Shown one piece after another: positions 41,226 to 46,759 of a stretch of DNA of 46,759 bases. The DNA comes from Babesia bigemina (taxonomy: Eukaryota): assembly GCF_000981445.1 (NCBI RefSeq), contig NC_027218.1, positions 3,472,001 through 3,518,759 on the forward strand, read 5' to 3'. A program made the position numbers and the translations under genes. Position 1 is the stretch's first letter, and every line of letters begins with the position of its first letter. The notes under the pieces are model-generated. The model saw only the letters and a program-made list of their open reading frames with translations. It searched no databases and was not told the DNA's origin.

Positions 41226-44200
41226 TTATGGTTGCAGATAAAACACCCTGTTAAACTTGTTAACGCGTGCGGCGGCAAGTAGTGATTGCGCGGCGATACG
41301 ATGCGATGATGGTGAGTGCAAGTGAGATTTGATGTGGAGCAGGTCGAGGCGGATGACCATGATGTGGAGGAGGTAGAGGAGGGAAAGCGACCAAAGGGCG
41401 ACGTTGAGCCAGATGAAGGGTGAGCGGATCTTGAAGATGAATTCGTCGCATTTGTCGAAGAGTGTTTGGAAATATTTAGATTTTAGCACATTTTTGAATT
41501 GAGCGTGGAAATTGCGGCAATATCTCCACTCATCCGTGGACATTAGTTTCGATGCGTCCCCAAATGAAAATCCGTAAGTATGGAATACGCTCATTACACC
41601 GCGACATTCGACGATTCCACGGCACTTACAATTGTAGTCTTCACCGTGTTTACCCTTCTTACATTTCTCGTTTTGCAGACAGCCACGGCACCCCCAATCC
41701 TGGCAGGATATATTGCAGAAAGAATCAAATAGGCCTTGAAGATATCGATATAGCGTCCAAGGTAAGTAGACAGCCCATGATAGATATAGGTTGCAATGTT
41801 TTGGGGCGAGGTAATAGTATGCATCAGAGTAGAGAGATGATAGGTAGGGGCCGCAGTGGACGTTGTCCTTCGCAGCAACCATACATGAGTCGCGCATTGA
41901 TAGACTCTTCAAGTCAGCATTTGTAGCTGTTGGATGCATCATAGCTTTACCGCCATGCGTACTATGATATGCATTACGAAAAGCAGTGATAAAAGCTGAT
42001 GCTTCGTTGTAAAGGTCCATCGATGTTTCCTTAACGGATGTTTCCAGTGCATCTTGTAATGTAATAACTCCATCGTGTTTGTTCGCATTAGAAGCATTAA
42101 GTCCTGCCGCAAGCGACAATGCAAATCCGAAGTGTTCTGGCAGACTGGCTGGCGGTTGAGGAGAAAAGGTGAATAGCGCTAACAGTTTCTCGTTATTGAA
42201 AAATTCATCGAGCACATCGCATATGTGTTTACCAGTTTTTGCGGATCCCGAGAAAGCTCTGAAGCCAAGTGGCGTCAGACACGGCTGTCCAGGCTGAGAT
42301 TTAGAGCACGTGCGACAGTCATACTTACATCCAATACTGCTAAGTTCATGCGGTAAACGACCGACTAGACAATCGGATAAATACGACTGAAGGGGGGAAG
42401 TTGGTTGGCAATTTGCTTTGCCTTTTGGTTGGCAGTTTGGTTGGCACGTTACTTCGTCGCTCGAGTGGTCGGTACATGTCCACTTGGTTGTTCTGACATC
42501 CTTTCCGTAGAAGCATTCTGACCAGCCGTGGAATTCAGCACCGAGTTTACACTGGCTATGTAAGAAGCGCAGTGGAGGTAGTAATCTACGCAGCATATCG
42601 ATCAGCATTTGCAAACAATCTCCTGCTTTGGGGGGATAGTGGAAATTAAGTGCGTTATTGCCGAAGTCGACTGCGTACATAGTGTACGCGTCTCCGTAGC
42701 CGAGTATTGTCGCTAATACGTCGTAGGATTTCGAACATAAGCGCGTCACTGCTGCTTGAGTGCGTTCCAATTCGATTGAGTGCGGATATGCCGGTACGGG
42801 TTCATCGCCGACAACTGCAGCGGCTAGGTCACCAACTGTGACCTGCTTAGCAGGATCCACAAATAAGTCACTAACGGCGTCATGTAGCAGATCGTCATAC
42901 ACGTTATTTGAAGGCAGACCAGATATCCAGCACAGTATCTCGAATATATTAGATGGACGCTTCTTGGCGGATGCACTAGTTACGTGGCCGACTCTGTAAT
43001 ATGTTTGGAGACAGCCGTGAAGCCGCTTCAGGGGGCCATTATCTTGATCATGATCATGTTTCGTGTATACGTGTTCATCGTCGTCCTTTACCACTAGTTT
43101 GTAGATATGGAAACCTGTCTTCGTTACCTTATCCTGAAGCTCCCATTGTTGTTTGTCACCTGTAGCGACATGGTATCCATGGTTGATGAAGAATTTCCCA
43201 AATTCGGTTGTGTCATTTACCTGTTGAGATCTCCATCTAACGCTGCCATATTTCTTCAAAGCTTTCAAAGCGTTGTGAGTAATGCTGAGTGCCGTCAGGA
43301 ACACCTTCGCGCACTTCCTCCCGTACTCGGTTATTTCGGTGTTGTCAGCAGGATTTGGCATGGTTTTAACTGTTTTCGCTTCAGATGACGTTTTTGGTTT
43401 CACCAACTGATCAGCATAAATTTGCCCCGAGTACCTGCTCACGTACTGCTTCGCGAGCTCCCCGTGGAACGCCTGGACGCCGGCCTTGAGGACGTTGAGC
43501 AGCGGGGAGGCCTCGGCGAATGAGGAGGGGGCGAGGGTGGTGAGCTGCGCTTGGAGGTCGGCGAGCTTGCGGGAGACGGCGGCGTCGAAGTGGCGTTGGG
43601 AGTGCATTGTGGACAGGAGGGAGGAGAGGGCCTGGGTGAGGGGGGTGAGACGGTCAGGGGAGAGGTCGGACTGGGATTGGAGGGAGGTGAAGAATTTAGT
43701 TACGAATTCTTTGGCTTTGTTCGAGAATATTTCGAGTGATGAATCGGATACTTTTTGGAGGTTATGTATAGTGAAGGTACCGTGCAGCTTGTTCATGAGA
43801 CCTTTGAGGCCGGTGTGGAAGTCGGAGTCAATTAAACCAATAATTTCCAAAATTTGTGCAGTAACAGACTTATTAAGAGATGTCAAATCAACTCTTTTCT
43901 GCTCCGAGTAAAGCGTCTGCGTTTGCTCTTCTAGGTCGTTAAGAGCGTTTTGAACGTACTTCTGTAAATTTGTGTGCAGCACCGCAAGAGCACCATTTGC
44001 AGTGTCTTGAGCGTCTTGGTGGAATTGTACAGCGGCATCTATGGAGGATTGCAATGCCTCGTTGGCAGTGGTGACTTTCGGTAAAATGGCTTTTACTGCT
44101 GCCTGAATGCCTTCTATCTTAGTTTTCAATTGAGTCATATACGCATCAGCAGCTTCACGGTTTTGTTCTATAACGGTAGGTATTCCTTTTAGAGCACTTA

Positions 44201-45860
44201 GCTCACCGCTAATTAGATTCACCGCCTCCTCTAGCGTTTCTGCCGCTGTATTATACATTGTCATCACTTGTGCCACGTCAATCTCATTAATGCGATTACT
44301 ACTCATCTTAAATTTTTTTACGGCTTCCTCGATGGCTGTATTGGCTGCATCCTTAATCCGTTGTGTCGCATCGTTGTGAAATGTATTGACCGCTCTTACT
44401 AGATTTCCGTTATCTTCGTCGCCTATGGCTGCAATTAAGTCGGTGATAAACTTGGCCAGAGAGCTTTCTGCAGGATCGCTGGATGACCCTCCCTCACCGT
44501 ATATGGCATTTTTCAAGCCTGCGAAAGAGATAGGAAGTTTATCAAAAATATTTTTTACACCTACTTCATACTGCTTTTTCAGAGCCTTAGACTCTGAAGT
44601 AATTTCCGCAGTGGTAAGATCAAGCGTTTTTCTGGCATCTTCAAGATCCTTCAACGCATCTTTAACAAGAGCGCTATCTTTGTTTCCTTGTACATCTGCG
44701 GCAAGTTCATTAACCTCTTTCTTCAACTGCTGCAAATCCCCCTGCACAGCGGCATTAATACCGCTGACCTTATCGCGAACAACGCTAAATTGCTTGATCA
44801 GAGGAGTGCTATCGGTGATGTCGACAAACCTATTAATACAGTCACTAATCTGAATAAACAGCAGCAAAAGCTTTTCTTTGCAGCCTCTATCGTAACCATT
44901 AATTTCAGAACTGAGCAGATCATCCGCCAACTTCTGAGCATTTTGTACCGCCTCTTCAATCTTCTTCAAATACATTGTTCTTTGGTGTGTTAGGCTGCCA
45001 AGCTTCAAGCGAATCAATTCAAATTTCTGATTCAAAGCGCTCTGCACTCGCTGTATCTGTGTCTGAATGTATGTCTTCACTTCGGCGTGCTTTTTATCAA
45101 ACTCACTACCTAAATTTTCCACGGAGTTCCACAAGCGCGCATCATTCACTGAATTCCAGAAGTTGTCAACAAGCTGCTTAACAAAGTCGATCTTAGACGA
45201 TATTGTATTACGTAGCTTAGTATCTACGCCATCTAGAAGTTCAACTGACATCAAGGCCTTATCCAGGTAGTCCCCCGCAAAGGTCTGCCAGTTTTGCAAT
45301 TGCTCCTTTATTGGTTTGTATTCCATTTTAAGCGACACGTGCTTACTGAGTAATTCTTGTAACTCATTCAACGGCTCCACCACCTTTCTATGCCTATCCT
45401 CCACCCCGCTCACCCATTCCCTAATCCCCCGACTGACCGCGACAATACTACTATCAAAATGCTCTTTTCTATTATATTGAGCGAGTTTAATTTTTTTAAG
45501 TATGCCAGGCAGATTATTATTGTATTTTTCGAGGTTTTCGTTCTTATTTACGTCAGTGATTATACTAAACAAAAATCCCATCACCCCGTCACACAGCCTG
45601 TCCAGGTCGGAGTACACAATCCCAGAGCCGTCGTAGCCTTTGGACTCAGAGTTGAAGCCGAGGAAAGTTTCGAGGCCAGAGCAGAGGTTATTAAGGATGT
45701 TAGTAGGGTTGTTATTTGAGGTATTTTTAGGGTTCAAAATTTTACCAAATTTCTTGTAAAGCTCCCTAGGCGGCACATGGTCAGGGCAGTGGCAAGCGGT
45801 GGAAGAGGGGAAGTGAAGGGTGACAAGGCACAAGTTATTATTGTGGTTTATAGAGGTCAT
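41226..45860 (-). CDS. ves1: ves1/VESA1-like variant surface antigen, copy 7 (only copy open from the leader ATG; conserved DGVM ATG at 45581)
   Basis: 1544-codon ATG-initiated ORF with all family motifs, TM and tail. Confidence 0.87.
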   Translation of the reverse strand: MTSINHNNNLCLVTLHFPSSTACHCPDHVPPRELYKKFGKILNPKNTSNNNPTNILNNLCSGLETFLGFNSESKGYDGSGIVYSDLDRLCDGVMGFLFSIITDVNKNENLEKYNNNLPGILKKIKLAQYNRKEHFDSSIVAVSRGIREWVSGVEDRHRKVVEPLNELQELLSKHVSLKMEYKPIKEQLQNWQTFAGDYLDKALMSVELLDGVDTKLRNTISSKIDFVKQLVDNFWNSVNDARLWNSVENLGSEFDKKHAEVKTYIQTQIQRVQSALNQKFELIRLKLGSLTHQRTMYLKKIEEAVQNAQKLADDLLSSEINGYDRGCKEKLLLLFIQISDCINRFVDITDSTPLIKQFSVVRDKVSGINAAVQGDLQQLKKEVNELAADVQGNKDSALVKDALKDLEDARKTLDLTTAEITSESKALKKQYEVGVKNIFDKLPISFAGLKNAIYGEGGSSSDPAESSLAKFITDLIAAIGDEDNGNLVRAVNTFHNDATQRIKDAANTAIEEAVKKFKMSSNRINEIDVAQVMTMYNTAAETLEEAVNLISGELSALKGIPTVIEQNREAADAYMTQLKTKIEGIQAAVKAILPKVTTANEALQSSIDAAVQFHQDAQDTANGALAVLHTNLQKYVQNALNDLEEQTQTLYSEQKRVDLTSLNKSVTAQILEIIGLIDSDFHTGLKGLMNKLHGTFTIHNLQKVSDSSLEIFSNKAKEFVTKFFTSLQSQSDLSPDRLTPLTQALSSLLSTMHSQRHFDAAVSRKLADLQAQLTTLAPSSFAEASPLLNVLKAGVQAFHGELAKQYVSRYSGQIYADQLVKPKTSSEAKTVKTMPNPADNTEITEYGRKCAKVFLTALSITHNALKALKKYGSVRWRSQQVNDTTEFGKFFINHGYHVATGDKQQWELQDKVTKTGFHIYKLVVKDDDEHVYTKHDHDQDNGPLKRLHGCLQTYYRVGHVTSASAKKRPSNIFEILCWISGLPSNNVYDDLLHDAVSDLFVDPAKQVTVGDLAAAVVGDEPVPAYPHSIELERTQAAVTRLCSKSYDVLATILGYGDAYTMYAVDFGNNALNFHYPPKAGDCLQMLIDMLRRLLPPLRFLHSQCKLGAEFHGWSECFYGKDVRTTKWTCTDHSSDEVTCQPNCQPKGKANCQPTSPLQSYLSDCLVGRLPHELSSIGCKYDCRTCSKSQPGQPCLTPLGFRAFSGSAKTGKHICDVLDEFFNNEKLLALFTFSPQPPASLPEHFGFALSLAAGLNASNANKHDGVITLQDALETSVKETSMDLYNEASAFITAFRNAYHSTHGGKAMMHPTATNADLKSLSMRDSCMVAAKDNVHCGPYLSSLYSDAYYYLAPKHCNLYLSWAVYLPWTLYRYLQGLFDSFCNISCQDWGCRGCLQNEKCKKGKHGEDYNCKCRGIVECRGVMSVFHTYGFSFGDASKLMSTDEWRYCRNFHAQFKNVLKSKYFQTLFDKCDEFIFKIRSPFIWLNVALWSLSLLYLLHIMVIRLDLLHIKSHLHSPSSHRIAAQSLLAAARVNKFNRVFYLQP

Positions 45861-45888
45861 AGCGATAATATAACGAGGTAATTCGAAG

Positions 45889-46759
45889 GATGTAGAGTGG
45901 GTAAAGAAGCGATGAAGGGTGGGTTAAGGGGCGATGTGGAGTGGATAAAGGAGCGATGTAGAGTGGATAAGGGGCGATGTAGAGTGGATAAATAGGCGAT
46001 GTAGAGTGGGTTAAGGGGCGATGAGGAGTGGGTAAAGGAGCGATGTAGAGTGGGTTAAGGGGCGATGTAGAGTGGATAAAGGGGCGATGTAAGGTGGATA
46101 AAGGGACGATGTAGAGTGGATAAGGGGCGATGTAGAGTGGATTAAGGGGCGATGTAGAGTGGATAAGGGAGCGATGTGGAGTGGGTAAGGGGCGATGTAG
46201 AGTGGGTTAAGGGGCGATGTAGAGTGGGTTAGGGAGCGATGTAGAGTGGGTTAAGGGGCGATGTGGAGTGGGTTAGGGTGCGATGTAGAGTGGATAAGGG
46301 GCGATGTAGAGTGGATAAAGGGGCGATGTAGAGTGGATAAAGGGGCGATGTAGAGTGGATAAAGGGGCGATGTGGACTGGGTTAAAGAGCGATGTGGAGT
46401 GGGTAAAGGGGCGATGTAGGGTGGGTTAAGGGGCGATGTAGAGTGGATAAGGGAGCGATGTAGAGTGGATAAAGGGCGATGTAGAGTGGATAAAGGGGCG
46501 ATGTAGAGTGGGTAAAGGGGCGATGTAGAGTGGGTAAAGGGGCGATGTAGAGTGGGTTAGGGAGCGATGTAGAGTGGGTTAGGGAGCGATGTAGAGTGGG
46601 TTAAGGGCGATGTAGAGTGGATAAAGGAGCGATGTAGAGTGGATTAAGGAGCGATGTGGAGTGGGTAAAGGAGCGATGTGGAGTGGGTTAAGGGGCGATG
46701 TAGAGTGGATGAAGGAGCGATGTAGAGTGGATAAGGGAGCGATGAAGAGTGGGTTAGGG
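45889..46759. repeat. 22-bp array A, at least ~39 units, truncated by window edge
   Basis: Same unit. Confidence 0.95.

Noticed and set aside
45889..46759. True telomere at the window end
   Set aside because: It is the same 22-mer as the internal arrays, not a pure short telomeric repeat tract

Overview
Eukaryotic parasite DNA, most consistent with a piroplasm of the Babesia bigemina/B. ovata group. The window is a head-to-tail array of seven ~4.6-5.8 kb minus-strand paralogues of the ves1/VESA1-like variant erythrocyte surface antigen family. The leftmost gene runs off the window edge. Each has a conserved G(Y)xGxGIVYSDLDRLCD(G/A)VM block, a hypervariable helical middle and a Cys-rich domain. 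The six copies with an intact 3' end also carry one C-terminal TM helix and the tail RLDLLHIKSHLHSPSSHRIAAQSLLA..RV.K.NRVFYLQP. Every intergenic spacer has the same ordered architecture on the + strand: a conserved leader, a G-rich 22-bp array with GGGTTAGGG variants, a hairpin junction, a 20-bp array, a second hairpin junction, a 12-bp array, then a conserved ~120-bp 3' flank. The 20-mer carries inverted copies of the cores of both neighbouring arrays. The 12-mer matches a 4-aa coding repeat inside the genes. Six of seven copies have no in-frame ATG upstream of the conserved DGVM Met, one copy has an internal nonsense codon, and N-terminal, Cys-domain and TM subtypes assort independently. The inference is a repeat-punctuated archive of mosaic antigen cassettes for recombination-driven antigenic variation. 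Family and organism calls come from motif recognition only; no database search was run. Copy numbers are length/period estimates.
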